A stretch of 64,000 nucleotides of DNA from Glaucostegus cemiculus (lineage: Eukaryota): the NCBI GenBank assembly GCA_976551045.1, contig CDPCPM010000571.1, positions 372,001 to 436,000 on the forward strand. The letters are read 5' to 3'. Position numbers and translations under genes: made by a program. How positions within the stretch are numbered: position 1 is the stretch's first letter; every line of letters starts with the position of its first letter. Below, piece by piece: positions 11,350 through 24,089 of the stretch. The notes below the pieces were generated by a model, which saw only the letters and a program-made list of their open reading frames with translations, was not told the origin of the DNA and searched no databases.

Positions 11350-11720
11350 CTTTATATTGTGCCAATTAAGTAGCTTTGAAGTGCGTTGCCTATTGTAACA
11401 GAGGAAATGCCACATCTATGAACAGTAAGCTTCCACCAGGAGGGCTGTGATAATGACCACACAATGTATTTTCACAATGTTGACTGGGGAGTAAGTATTG
11501 GTCAGGAAACCAATTATAGTTTCCCTTTTATTTTCATACCAGTGCCATGAGCTCTTTCACATCAACCTGACAGGACAGGTAAGGCACTGGTTTAATGTTT
11601 CATTCGAAAGACAGTACTAAGTAATGAATTTTAATGGCAGTCTGGATATTTTTGCTTAATTCCCTGGAGTTGAACCCATGAACCTTTAAACCATGAAATA
11701 AGAGTGCTACCCAATGTTCT
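11350..11720 (-). mobile_element. Deu-domain SINE remnant
   Basis: agtgccatg...tttcacatcaacctga...ggtttaatgtttcattcgaaagacag is the reverse complement of a Deu-domain-like core, followed by a tRNA-like head (ttgaacccatg). Confidence 0.6.
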
Positions 11721-12530
11721 GTGGCTTATATTATGTAATAAAACATCTCATAAATATGCTTGGTGAAAAACTATACAGTAATCAGCAGAGGGGGACCATG
11801 TTACCTTCAAAGACTAAGTACAATTACCATTACCATGATTTGAAGTCTCAGGGGTGCAATTCCCAGAGCAAATTCTTGAACAAATTACATTGACATCCCA
11901 TCTGAAATGAGTCAATGACCTTTTCTTCTATTTTATACATGCATCTGTTCCAAGCTATGCTGGTACATTTGTCATAGCTACATCCAACGTAACTGCACTG
12001 TGTAATGAATTGACCTGTATGATCGGTTTATAAGACAAGCTTTTCACTGTACCTCTGTACAAATGACAGTAATAAACCAATACCATGCCTAATTGTTCCA
12101 GATGGCACAGAACTCCAGTGAATCAAACAAGGGTAACAGATGTAAACCTAGGCTGGGCATGGGCACGAGGTTCCTTTCACCAAAGGAAATTGGGTTTCTA
12201 CAACAATCCTTAGTCATTTCTGGTGTCAGCCCACAAATAGTCACAATGCTTGAGTTGACTTTGAATCCAACCTCTGGGTCCCGTCAAGGACCAAAAACTA
12301 CAAAGTCTTTCCTTTCAGCTTTTCACTGAGCTTTTAAGCTTATCAGACGAAAGTAATGGAAAGGCATTGATTGCTCCTGTTGGCCTGTGCTTGAACCTAT
12401 TTAATTACAAGGGTTCATATGAATGTAGCTCCTTTTTAACTCCCATCCAACCTCAGTCAAATGCTTTAAATAATAATCGTTCCCAAAACAATAGACCCCA
12501 CCGTCTCCTTTGTAGTGCCAATGTACTTAC

Positions 12531-12679
12531 TCTAGCTGGTCAATATTCACACACATGAGGGGGACTTCTGTGCTACAGCGTTGGTGGAACTTGTACCCGC
12601 ATGTCTGACAACGGAAACCCTGGAACAGCAGTTTACGGCAAAAATCGCAGAACGCCAGTGTGAAAAAGGTCTTTCGAAC
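12531..12679 (-). CDS. BRAF: BRAF exon 6 (C1/cysteine-rich domain)
   Basis: ctccag|GTT...CTAGA|gtaagt; 149 nt; [49 protein letters not shown]. Confidence 0.99.
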
Positions 12680-13339
12680 CTGGAGGGGAGAGAAGTGAAA
12701 GTCAGAGCCCAACAGGAGGAATCTAACACTGTAGTCACAATGGCAGCCAACAGATAGATGACATTCCCACTGCTCTGCGGATAGTAGAGACTTGTTCAAA
12801 ATGGGTCACAACCATCACCTTTTTAGATAAGTGCAATCAGACATCATTTCAGTGCCATCATGGTGATTTCAGCAAAGATTAATGGCACATGTGACTGCTA
12901 CTACAAAGAATGCCCAACAATACAATAAACAACATGTTGCATTTATATAGTGACATTTATATAGTGACTTTAATATCACAATTCAGACCACAGTACTTCA
13001 AAGAAATACAAGGCGACAAAAATTGATACTGGGCCAAAGGAGGGGAAATTCGGACAGACAAATGATTTTAAGGGCAGACTTGGCACTGAAGTTTAAGGAG
13101 GGAACTTGAGAGCTTAGGGGCAAGATGGTTAAAGTTTCGGCCAATGATGGAAGCAATGAAAATCAAGGATACATGTGGCATTAAAATTGATGGTCTTATT
13201 TTTCCCCCAAACTTAAGGCTTGCTTTCTTTATCATTTTTGAAAAGAACATCCAATCTCATCCCACCTACATTTACGGCTTTTCTGACTGCCCCTGCCAGT
13301 ATCCTGCTCAGAGCCCATGGATGTCCAGTCCCTCTGCAC

Positions 13340-14820
13340 CTTCATCCCACATCAGAATCTCATGAGTGCCTTTCACTTCATCCTCCAACAGAGACTTGGC
13401 CAGCTCCTCCATTATCAACCTACGGTGCCTGGCAGAGCTCACCTGGGTCTGAGCTATGCTCGTCTCTACAAGGGGCATGTGGAACAGTCCTCCTTTCAGA
13501 CCTGCTCCTTCACACTTTTTCTCCCCCCCAGTACACTGCTGATTCCATCGGTCCTGCTTCCTGATGGTCTGCAGAACTCAAAAGCTTCATGATCTTTGTT
13601 GCCAGTTCCCACATTCGACTCTTCCCTTCCCTTGTTTCAGGTTAGCAACCAGTATCCACGACCTCCGTGGACTCCCAGACTTCTTCTTACCCTTCAGGAC
13701 AATTCCATTCTCTCATGTTCTGTCTCCACTGCATCTCTTCTGACAATGCCACCTTCCATCCAGTGCTTCTGATAGTTCATTTTCCCTCAGCCATGGTTTC
13801 CTTTTCACTGTAGCTGATGATGCTTTAAGTCTATCAGTCCCACACCCGTCCTCAAACTCTCTGCTCTTACCCGGAACATTTCTAAGGCTCCCAGGTGTCT
13901 TCACCTGCCACTCCACCAAATTCCACATACAACAGATCATTTGCTATGATTTCCAACACTTCTGACATTATGCTCTGACCAAACACAAGTTCACCTCCCC
14001 CTTCAGCAGTCTAAAGCCACCTCTCTCCCTCCGCAACACTTGGGTCCACATTTCCATTCCTCTTCTTGTGGTACCTTCACATGCAATCACAGGAGAGGCA
14101 ATAGCTGCCCATTTACCCCTTTACTTTCCACAATCCCAACAGTCCTTCCACATGAAGCAGTGATATATTTGTACCTCTTGCAATTTTGTGTGCTGCAGTC
14201 AATGTTCACCACGTAGCCTCTTCTACATTTGGGAAACCAAATGATTGAATGACTGAATAGCAGAACACTATTGTTCAGAGGAAGGCCAGCTCTGAGCTTC
14301 CAATCATCTGTCAGCTAAATTTTCTGTCCCACTCCCCCTTTCATGTCTTTGGTCATTTGCATTTCCGGCAAAATGAATGAATAGCACCTCCTGTTTACAG
14401 TTGGAACATCACAGCATTCGGGACCCCAAAATTAATTCAACAACTTCAGATAACCAGCAATTCCAGCCATATATCTCATACTTTCAGAGCTTTTTCTCCC
14501 CCCTCACCTCCTCAGTATTTCAAATTTCATCTCTTATTTACATCACCTTTCTACCCCTTCTCAGGTGACATCACCACCACTTTGTTGTCATTTAATCTCT
14601 TCAGGTCCCCACCCAGTCACAGATCTTCCTTATTGCCCCCTCCACTTCCATTGCAACCTAAAATCTATTTCAGTCCTAACTTCTCCCATTTCTGATAGGT
14701 GAAACCTGAAATGATAAGTCTGTTTCTCTCTCTGCAGATGCTGGCTGACCTGCTGAGTATTTCCAGCATTTTTTGACCATGTTTCAGATTTCCAGTATCG
14801 GCAGTACTTTGCATTTGGAT
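13340..14820 (+). mobile_element. Penelope-like element (decayed RT, GIY-YIG endonuclease and terminal repeat)
   Basis: Remnants of the SYA.L..G.VEQ RT motif (~13440-13490), C..C..LFYI.ET GIY-YIG motif (~14190-14240), terminal motif gatgctggctgacctgctgagtatttccagca. Confidence 0.75.
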
Positions 14821-15267
14821 AGCTTTCACTTGGTCATTTGCATAGTCCTCCCACTGTTACCCCCAGTCATGCAGGAGCATGTCATAGTACCTCCAGTGGT
14901 ACCCAGAAACTAAAGTTGGCATAGAATTTGGGCATTTCAACAAGACAACTAGTGATGAGGAAGTCAAAGTACCAAGCACACCCATATCCAGCTGGCAATA
15001 TTCAATCCGCACCAGAGATTCCTTGTAGAATGGAGAGTGACACCTAGACAATCTATCAGTGGCACTGAGGCTGATGTCCTTTCCCTAACACAGCTATGTC
15101 TCCCCATTAGACCATAGCAGATGCTAGCCCACCAGATGTCAGTATGGCTCAAGGATACTGTGCCATAGGTAAACGGTGAAAGTATTCTAAACCAAGTAAA
15201 GGCTTACCTAAAAAACTCCAACTATTTATATATCATAAGTAACCTGCTGAGAGTCACAGACACTCAC

Positions 15268-15370
15268 AAAGTTGTGTGTGGTTAGTGGAACGTGCTCCAG
15301 CACCTCCACCTGCAGCTCCTCTCCTGTTAACCATGACATATCCGTGTCCCAACCAATCGGCTTCTTCTCC
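15268..15370 (-). CDS. BRAF: BRAF exon 5 (end of RBD, start of CRD)
   Basis: tttcag|GGAG...AACTTT|gtgagt; 103 nt; [34 protein letters not shown]. Confidence 0.98.
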
Positions 15371-16959
15371 CTGAAAGCAACACAAAACTCAGTTGGCACC
15401 GATTAGAAACTGGATGGAGGCTTCTGGCATTCTACAAAAACATAAACCAGGCTAAACCGAATGGTGCTTTCCTTAAATCAAAAGCACTGCATGGAAAAGC
15501 ACGCTGCAATTTCCTAACATCTAGCTAGATAAATATGATCAGGGCGAGCATTTCAATTACGGAGAAGACCAATGCAATCAGCACTTAACCCTAAATTCAG
15601 CTGGCGACAGCAGCTTGCTCTCAGCCAGTATTCCTGCTGTCCTTTTCTTCAGGACCCACACGTACTACGGATCCAGATCCAATGCAAAAACCATGGTTCT
15701 CCACAGGTACAAAATGACCCAGCGCCACAGTGTCGCGGAGAGCGGGAAACAAAAAATCAATCAGGGAGCACAACCAGAGACCACAGCTTTTGTGCCAAGC
15801 TTCTAATGTAACCTTCAACATCAGACTACGTCTCCAAGATTACAGTCAGTACAGAGCTAGGTTACGTGCTGTGTCTTAGATTTTCTGTTTCTAATCAGGT
15901 TTTGTTTTGCCACCAACTTGGACAGTGGAGTTCAATGATTCCTGCGCTTTTGGTGTGCAAGAGGATGCATGCTGGTAGTTAAACACAAGGCAGCAGCCAG
16001 GTTTGACGAGAAACAAAATAATTCAGAGTTAAAATTCAACTGAATTTAATAAATCGGTCTCTTTTCATGGTGCATATTCCCACACTATGGGTACTTACAA
16101 CTAAACAGTGCAATTTGATACATTGGCAAGGGTTACCAAAGGGATCTGTACTTAGATATACCTGGCAAAACAAAGTAACAACACCATAACCTCTTTTTTT
16201 TTTACTTGATTTATTGCAAACATGCAGGCTTGCCCTCTGAGGACCTAAGAGCACTGGCTCCAATCGTAAGGGTATGTACATTCACCCATCGTGTAATTGG
16301 CCCTTTAGCCTCCTAGAAGAGGAAACCTGGAGCGGTAAAGCTTACAATTCACCGTCCCCAACCAATCCTGTCCCCTCGCTAATTTAAAAAAAAATGGATA
16401 GACCAAAAATTTATTTGCACCACAGGCAAGCATGAACTGAAAGGACTGGAAGGTTTGATGCTGTTACACAAGTACCTGAGATTTGATAACCCACCTGAAG
16501 CCCTTTACTTTGGTAGCTTAAGGATTACACAACAATAGCTACTATTAGGGCTAGCTGCTATAAAAAATAGTCAAGATCAGATATAGCACTGTTCATCTGA
16601 ATGACTAAAAATGTGAACTCTGCTCATTCCATCAGTTGCATCTTAAAAAGGAATCAGAATGAAAATTACAAATATGTGTTGAGAATGCACCTCAGCAGAA
16701 AAGCTTAGCACTGTGACAGGAATAAATAAACAGAACCAGTTATTTTCATTTTAAGCAGTTTAGTTCCTCTTGTTAGTGGTTACAGAAAAGTCCTCTGAAT
16801 AAGTCAGGCATCTGAGCACACAACAATTTCTAGACAATTTGTAATAAATCAATGCCAGCAACCAGCTAAAAATATAATAGCAAATTCCAAAGTGCCCAAA
16901 ATACCAAAATATATCCCAGTGCAAACAATGTAATGTAAACAATGACTCAAACATTAAGA

Positions 16960-19780
16960 AAGGAAAAAATTAAGGTACAAATCAAAGCTAGCTAGAAATG
17001 TTAAAAACAAATAGAAAGGGTTAAAGCAGATAGTTAAAAAAAAGTTAACAGAGTGAGCATTAGTCCTTCAGAAAGTGAGTCTGGGAAATTAAAAATGGAA
17101 AATAGATGTCAGATGAATTAAACAGGTTTTCACTAAAGGGGATAAAAGGAATATCCCAAATATACAGTGACATGCAAATATTTGGGCACCCCGGTCAAAA
17201 TTTCTGTTACTGTGAGTAGTTAAGTGAGTAGAAGATGAACTGATCTTCAAAAGTCGTAAAGTTAAAGATGAAACATTCTTTTCAACATTTTAAGCAAGGT
17301 TAGTGTATTATTTTTGTTTTGTACAATTTTAGAGTGAAAAAAGGAAAGGAGCACCATGCAAAAGTTTGGGCATCCCAAGAGATTTGAGCTCTCAGATAAC
17401 TTTTACCAAGGTCTCAGACCTTCATTAGCTTGTTAGGGCTATGGCTTATTCACAGTCATCATTTGGAAAGGCCAGGTGATGCAAATTTCAAAGCTTTATA
17501 AATACCCTGACTCCTCAAACTTTGTCCCAACAATCAGCAGCCATGGGCTCCTCTAAGCAGCTGTCTATCACTCTGAAAATTAAAATAAATGGTGCCCACA
17601 AAGCAGGAGAAGGCTATAAGAAGACAGCAAAGTGTTTTCAGGTAGTTGTTTCCTCAGTTCATAATGTAATTAAGAGATGGCAATTAAACGGTGGAGATCA
17701 AGTTGAGTTCTGGGAGATCAAGAAAACTTTCCAAGAGAACTGCTCGTAGGATTGCTAGAAAGGCAAATCAAAACCCCCGTTTGACTGCAAAAGACCTTCA
17801 GAAGATTTAGCAGACCCTGGAGTGGTGGTGCACTTTTCTACTGTGCAGCGACACCTGCACATATGACCTTCATGGAAGAGTCATCAGAAGAAAACCTCTC
17901 CTGCATCCTCACCTCAAAATTCAACATCAGAAGTTTGCAAAGGAACATTTAAACAAGTCTGATGCATTTTGGAAACATCCTGGGGACTGATGAGGTTAAA
18001 ATAGAACTTTTTGGCCGCAATGAGCAAAGGTATGTTTGGAGAAAAAAGGATGCAGAGTTTCATGAAAAGAACACTTCTCCAACTGTTATGCACGAGGGTG
18101 GATCGATCATGCTTTGGCCTTGTGTTGCAGCCAGTGGCACGGGGAACATTTCACTGGTCGAGGGAAGAACGAATTCAATTAAGTACCAGCAAATTCTGGA
18201 AGCAAACATCACACCGTCTGTAAAAAAGCTGAAGATGAAAAGAGGATGGCTTCTACAACAGGATAATGATCCTAAACACACCTCAAAATCCACAATGGAC
18301 TACCTCAAGGCACAAGCTGAAGGGTTTGCCATGGCCCTCACAGTCTCCTGACCTAAACATCATCGAAAATCTGTGGATAGACCTCAAAAGAGCAGTGCAT
18401 ACAAGACGGCCGAAGAATCTCACAGAACTAGAAGCCTTTTGCAGGGAAGAATGGATGTAAATTCCCCCAAACAAGAATTGAATGACTCTTAGCTGGCTAC
18501 AGAAAGTGTTTACAAGCTGTGATAATTGCCAAAGGGGTTGTTACTAAGTACTGACCACGCAGGGTGCCCAAACCTTTGCTTCGGGCCCTCTTCCTTTTTT
18601 GTTATTTTGAAACTGTAAAAGATGGAAATAAAAAAGTAATCTTGCTTAAAATATTAAAGAAATGCATCATCTTTAACTTTATGCCTTTTGGAAATCAGGT
18701 CATCTTTTACTTGCTTAGCTTTTCACAGTAACAGAAGTTTTGACCAGATATGCCCAAACCTTTCAATGCCACTGTTAGGAATTGGAAAAGAAAGGGTACT
18801 CAGAAAAATTGCAATCACCAAGGAACTGGTTCTGAGCAAACTGTTGAAGCTGTGCTCTGGCAACTCTCTGGGTACTGATGGACTTCATTCTGGGGTCATA
18901 AAAGTGGCCATTGAGATAAAATAGTGAAGGTAACTCCTTTATTCAAAAGGGAGGGAGAAACTACAGGCTAATCAGCTCAACATCAGTCTTGAAGAATATA
19001 AAGTCAAAGTCGAGTTTATTGTCATACGCACAAGTACATGTATGGACAGGTGCAATGAAAAACTTACTTGCAGCAGCATCACAGGCACAGAGCATCACAT
19101 ACACAACATTCATAAGAAAGTCACAAGAATGTTTGAAGCCACTATTAATGATGTTATAACAGGGCACTTAAAAAATTCAGATGTCATCAGGCAAAAGGGG
19201 AATCATGTTTGATTAAGTTACTGGAGTTCTTTAGAAGTAACTTATCTGTGGATAAAGGGAAGTCAGTGGGGTTATAAGATAAAGTGCCACATTATTGCGG
19301 AAAAGAAGGCTCATGGCATAGAGATTTCCTATTAGTCTGTGTGGAAGTCAGGCTAACAGGAAGCAGCAAGCAAAAATTGGGTCATTTTTTTTGGGTTGGC
19401 AAGTTGTAACGAGTAGAGTGCCACAGGGATCAGTGATGCAACTTCAACATTTTACAAGTGACTTGGATGAAAGCACTGAAAATACAGATGATAAATTTGT
19501 TGATGACAAAGGCAGGAAAGTTAGTTATGAAGAGGGAATAGGGAGGCTACATAGGTTCAGTTAGGTGAATGAGTAAAAATCCAGCAAATTAAGTATAATG
19601 CAGAAAACATGAAATTATCTGTTTGGCACTAAAAATAAAAAGGAAATTATATAAATAGTATGAGATTTCATTGCTTTGTAACGCAGAGGGATCTGGATGT
19701 CCCAGTACATAATTTGCAGCAGGGTAGTATGTGGGTACACCAAGTAATTGGGAAAATTTAACAGAATGTTATAGTACGAA
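16960..19780 (+). mobile_element. Old CR1 ORF2 remnant hosting the Tc1 and a short Rex-type tail
   Basis: CR1-like sequence on both sides of the Tc1 (ITKELVLSKLLKL..S.G.DGLH; gtgccacagggatcagt = GVPQGS). Confidence 0.7.
17165..18774 (+). mobile_element. Tc1/mariner DNA transposon, full length, IR/DR-type TIRs, disrupted transposase
   Basis: TA|CAGTG...CACTG|TT; ~210-bp imperfect TIRs each with two gcaaa..tttgggca.ccc repeats; transposase from ATG 17543 to TGA 18554 with GTDE, QQDNDPKH and SPDLNIIENLW motifs, broken by frameshifts. Confidence 0.95.
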
Positions 19781-19789
19781 CACTGAATT

Positions 19790-20395
19790 TTCCAATTCAG
19801 GTAACCCACACTCCGTATGCTCCTTGCTCTCCCCATCTGGTTCTCCCCACCCCTCAACACATCACCCAGTTTCATTCACCACCTCCTCCTGGTTCCATCT
19901 GCCTATCATCCACGTGCACCTTCTGGTTCCCCTAGCCTCTCCCCCAACTGGGTCCATCTGCCCATCATCCATCCCTCATCTGGTTCTACATCACTGTCCT
20001 AACTTATCAGATTCCAGCATCTGCAGCCTCTTGTTTCCACACATCACCTTCCAGCCACTGTATCTACCGCCACCCTTCCCTTCCCCCCCACCTGGCTATA
20101 TCTGCCCCCCTTCCTTCTCCGTCTCTACCTATCACCAACCAGCCACTGTCTCACGAATCAACTGCTCACTGTCGCCTACCTGGATCCATCTGGCCATCAT
20201 CTCCCCCCTCACTCAGTTCCACCCATCATCTGCCAGCCCCTGCCCCTGCCCCTCCCCTCCTTATACTGGCTATCTCCCCTCTACACTCTCAGTCCTGATT
20301 CAGGATCTTGAATCGAAATGTCAACTATCCCTTTGGCTCCTCAGATGCTCCTTGACCCACTGAGTTCCTCTAATCAGTTGTTTTTTTTTGCTTCA
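19790..20395 (+). mobile_element. Penelope-like 3' region and terminal repeat
   Basis: C-rich tract ending ctgattcaggatcttgaatcgaaatgtc...gatgctccttgacccactgagttcct; reverse-complement homologue at 44440-44850. Confidence 0.7.
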
Positions 20396-20471
20396 GAATG
20401 TTATCATTTATTGTTAAGGGGAACTGAAGACTGAAGTAGGGACATTATGGCCCAGTTGTATAGGGCATTGG

Positions 20472-22985
20472 TCAGAATCAGAATCAGTTTTATTGTCACA
20501 ACCATATATGCATAGGAGCGAGATACCGTCCTCCTCAGGTGCTCGTCCCATTAAATAACATAACAACCAACAGAGACACACAGACACACTTGACAGAATA
20601 AACATTAAAAAACATTAAACATTAAAAACTACGGAAGTTAAAATTAAATTAGTACACAGATTAAATTAAAAATGGCCAGTAAATAAATAAATAGTTATTA
20701 AAGTGAACGGGCTGGTGTCGGGCATTTAAAGTGCTGGTGCATTTCTGTGCACCTAGCATCTCTTAGTGTTAACAAAGGAAGATGGAGGGACGAGAGAGTT
20801 TGCAGTTCTGATGGCTTGCGGAAAGAAGCTATTGTTCAGCCTGGTCGTTCTTGCCCTGATACATTTAAGCCTCCTCCCTGATGGCAAAATTGTGAAGAGG
20901 TGGTGGGAGGGGTGAGAAGGGTCGGCCATTATGCTTTTGGTCTTCCTCACACAACGGTCTTTGTATATGTCTGCGAGGGATGGAAGCGAGACACCTATGA
21001 TCCACTCCGCAGCCCTAACTATCTTCTGGAGGGACTTCCGCCCAGCAGCTGAGCAGCTTCCAAACCAAACAGTGATACATTGAGTTAGGATGCTCTCAAT
21101 GGTCCCCCTATAGAAGGCTTTCATGACGGAGGGATGGGGGTACGCTTTCCTCAGTCTCCGCAGGAAGTAGAGGCATTTCTGAGCTTTCTTCGTGAGGGCC
21201 GTAATGTTAGTGGACCAGGTCAGGTCGTCGGTGATGTGCACCCCCAGGAACTTGGTGCTGCGTATTTGTTCCACAGCAGACCCGTTGATGGTCAGCGGGG
21301 CGTGCACACGGTGACCCCTCCTAAAATCCACTATCATCTCCTTGGTTTTATCCACATTCAAGGAGAGGTTGTTGTCATAGCACCACACGGCTAGTTGTTT
21401 CACCTCCTCTCTGTAGTCCAACTCATCGTCATTCATGACAAGACCCACCACTGTTGTGTCATCGGCAAATTTAACAATGCGGTTGGAGCTGGATCTGGCC
21501 TCACAGTCGTGAGTCAACAAGATGAACAGGAGCAGACTGAGCACACAACCCTGTGGGGAGCCAGTGCTCAGTGTGATGGTGCTTGAGCTGTTTTCACCAA
21601 TTTTGACTGACTGCGGCCTACAAGTTAGAAAATCCAGTATCCAGTTGCAGAGAGGAGAGTTAACGCCCAGAGCGCTCAACTCCTTGATTAGCTGTTGCGG
21701 GATGATGGTATTGAAAGCGGAGCTGAAGTCGATGAATAGCAGTCGGCAGTATGAATCCTTCTTCTCTAAGTGATATAGTGCAGAGTGCATGGCAGAGGAG
21801 ACTGCATCATCGGTGGACCTGTTTGCCCGATAAGCATACTGATGAGGATCCAAGGATGGGGGGAGGATGGCTCTAATGTGCTTCATAACTAGCCTCTCAA
21901 AGCATTTCATGACAATCGGGGTTAGAGCTATGGGACGGTAGTCATTCAGACACATTGGAGGAGACTTCTTAGGAACAGGTATGATGGTGGCAGATTTTAG
22001 GCACTTAGGAACAACAGCCTGCTGTAGGGAGATGTTGAAGATGTCAGCCAGTACATCTTTAAGCTGGTCCGCACAGTCCCTAAGTATCCGCCCCGGTATG
22101 TTATCCAGTCCCACAGCCTTCCGAGGGTTAACCTGTAAAAGGGCTTTCCCCACACTGGCTGGGGTGAGTCTCAAAGCCTGTTCTGTTCTTCTGGCGAAGG
22201 CCAGGCTTTCGAGGCAGGTGTATTGTTCATGGCCTCAAACCTTGCATAAAATTCTGGGGTAGAGCTTTGTAGTCAGTGATGACCTGGATTCCCTTCCACA
22301 GGCGCCTCGCATCCCTGTCGTTGGTGAAATTATTATTTATCTTTTCTGCGTATTGTCGTTTTGCCTTTTTAATACCCCGAGACAGATCTTTCCTTGCAGA
22401 CTTCAGAGCTCCCTCATCCCTCGCCCTGAAAGCTGCATCTCTGGTACGTAGCAGACAGCGAACCTCCCCAGTCATCCAGGGCTTCTGATTTGCCCTCACT
22501 GTAATCACTCTGTCCACAGTTACATCCTCAGTGCACTTTCTGATGTAGCATAGCACAGAGTCTGTATACTCTTGGATATCAATATGGTTGTCCTGAGTGG
22601 CTGCCTCTTTGAAGGTGTTCCAGTCCATAGTTTCCAGGCAGTCCTGCAGGGCTAAGACTTTTCCTTCAGGCCAAACCCGAATCAGTCTCTTGACTGGTTT
22701 GTCCAGTTTCACCTTAGGTCTATAGGCAGGCTTTAGCAGAATGGAGATGAGATCCGATGAGCCCAGGTGAGGGAGGGGGGATGCTCTATATGCCTCCTTC
22801 ACACTGCTGTAAACCTTATCCAGTGTATTATTCTCTCTGGTCGCAAAGTTTATGTGTTGGTGAAACTTAGGCAGGACTGTCTTTAGATCTGCGTGGTTGA
22901 AATCCCCCAATACAATGAAGAATGCATCAGGATGAGCGGTCTGTTGTTTACTGACGGCATCATATAATTCGTTCAGTGCCTCTTT
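20472..22985 (-). mobile_element. Rex1/Babar non-LTR retrotransposon, 5'-truncated, young
   Basis: ORF 22227-~22985 with the C-terminal part of an APE endonuclease (LGDFNH, NTLDKVY); uninterrupted 473-aa ORF 20753-22174 with RT ([31 protein letters not shown]); 3' GACAATAAAA plus (CTGATT)n tail. Confidence 0.93.
20753..22174 (-). CDS. Reverse transcriptase ORF of the Rex1/Babar element
   Basis: 473 aa open, all RT subdomain motifs visible. Confidence 0.85.
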   Translation of the reverse strand: MRLTPASVGKALLQVNPRKAVGLDNIPGRILRDCADQLKDVLADIFNISLQQAVVPKCLKSATIIPVPKKSPPMCLNDYRPIALTPIVMKCFERLVMKHIRAILPPSLDPHQYAYRANRSTDDAVSSAMHSALYHLEKKDSYCRLLFIDFSSAFNTIIPQQLIKELSALGVNSPLCNWILDFLTCRPQSVKIGENSSSTITLSTGSPQGCVLSLLLFILLTHDCEARSSSNRIVKFADDTTVVGLVMNDDELDYREEVKQLAVWCYDNNLSLNVDKTKEMIVDFRRGHRVHAPLTINGSAVEQIRSTKFLGVHITDDLTWSTNITALTKKAQKCLYFLRRLRKAYPHPSVMKAFYRGTIESILTQCITVWFGSCSAAGRKSLQKIVRAAEWIIGVSLPSLADIYKDRCVRKTKSIMADPSHPSHHLFTILPSGRRLKCIRARTTRLNNSFFPQAIRTANSLVPPSSFVNTKRC

Positions 22986-23350
22986 AGGGGTCTTGACAGG
23001 CTGGAGGAGAAAGTTGAGGTGGAAAGGATGCTCCCTCTTGTGGGAGACTCCAGAACAAGGGGTCAATATTTAAAGACAAAGCGATGCCCCTTTCATACAG
23101 AGATGAGGCAATATTTCTTTTGTCATGTGTCCTGGTCTTTGGAACTTTATTCCTCAGAGGGCAGTGGAAAAACAATCACAGTGGTTATTTTTAAAAGCAG
23201 AGGTAGATAGACTCTTGATAAGCACGGAAGATAAACATTACCAAGGGAAGGCAAGAATGCAAAACTGAATTCACCATTAGATCACTCATGATCTTACTAA
23301 ATGGCAGATCAGGCTCAAGGAACTGAGCAGCCTATGCCTGCTCCTAAATC
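22986..23350 (+). mobile_element. CR1 3' end (continuation of the host CR1)
   Basis: ERMLPLVGDSRTRG...YFF and CR1 3' UTR. Confidence 0.8.
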
Positions 23351-23619
23351 ATACATATGTCCATTTCAACTGCTGCTTGGATTCATCCGCAAGCTTTCTA
23401 AGTAGACGAGAGAGGAACATGGTAAACATTGTCCATGTCAGTCAGGCACTAAAAGGGATTAACTGCACTGAAAGCAGAACAAGCAATGACAGGAACTTTT
23501 ACAGTCACAACAGGAGTCAATTATGACATCTTCAACTCTGATAGCTGAGAAATCACTAATCCTACCAGTATCAAACAGAGAAATCACTGACAACCAACCA
23601 AGAAATCCTATAGTAGTTT

Positions 23620-24070
23620 GGTACGATAGTGCAGAGGTTCAGTTACTGGACTAGCAGTCAAGTTCTGGACCAGAGGCACAAGATCAAATCCCACCTTGGT
23701 AGCTGGAAAATGTAAGTTCAAGTAATTGAGTAAATGTAGAATAAAAAAAAAACACTAGTCTCAGCAATGGTAACTGTGAAACGACTGGATTATCAAAAAG
23801 TCCCATCTAATTCACTAATTCGAGGAAAGAACTCTGTCATCGTTACCCACTCTGGCACTCGGTGACTCCAGAGACACTGTCAGCTGAAGCTGCATCTGGT
23901 GACACCAACAATGCTAGGCTGAATGGAGGTGTTTCAGTAATTCCTCCATCAGTCTCGTTTGGAGACCACAATGAATCTTAATTACCTGCTCAGTTCTGGA
24001 GTTAGACAGACAGTAACACATCAGTGTTGCCAGCAATGTCCACATCCCATGAATAAATGATGAAAAAAAG
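23620..24070 (+). mobile_element. SINE with a tail shared with the second LINE family
   Basis: ttactggactag...caaatcccacc..ggtagctg head and gccagcaatgtccacatcccatgaat tail; homologous head at ~47670. Confidence 0.55.
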
Positions 24071-24089
24071 AATGACGACAAACTGAGTA

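Noticed and set aside
19731-20363. 210-aa Pro/Ser-rich ORF
   Set aside because: Translation of the C-rich non-coding Penelope 3' region.
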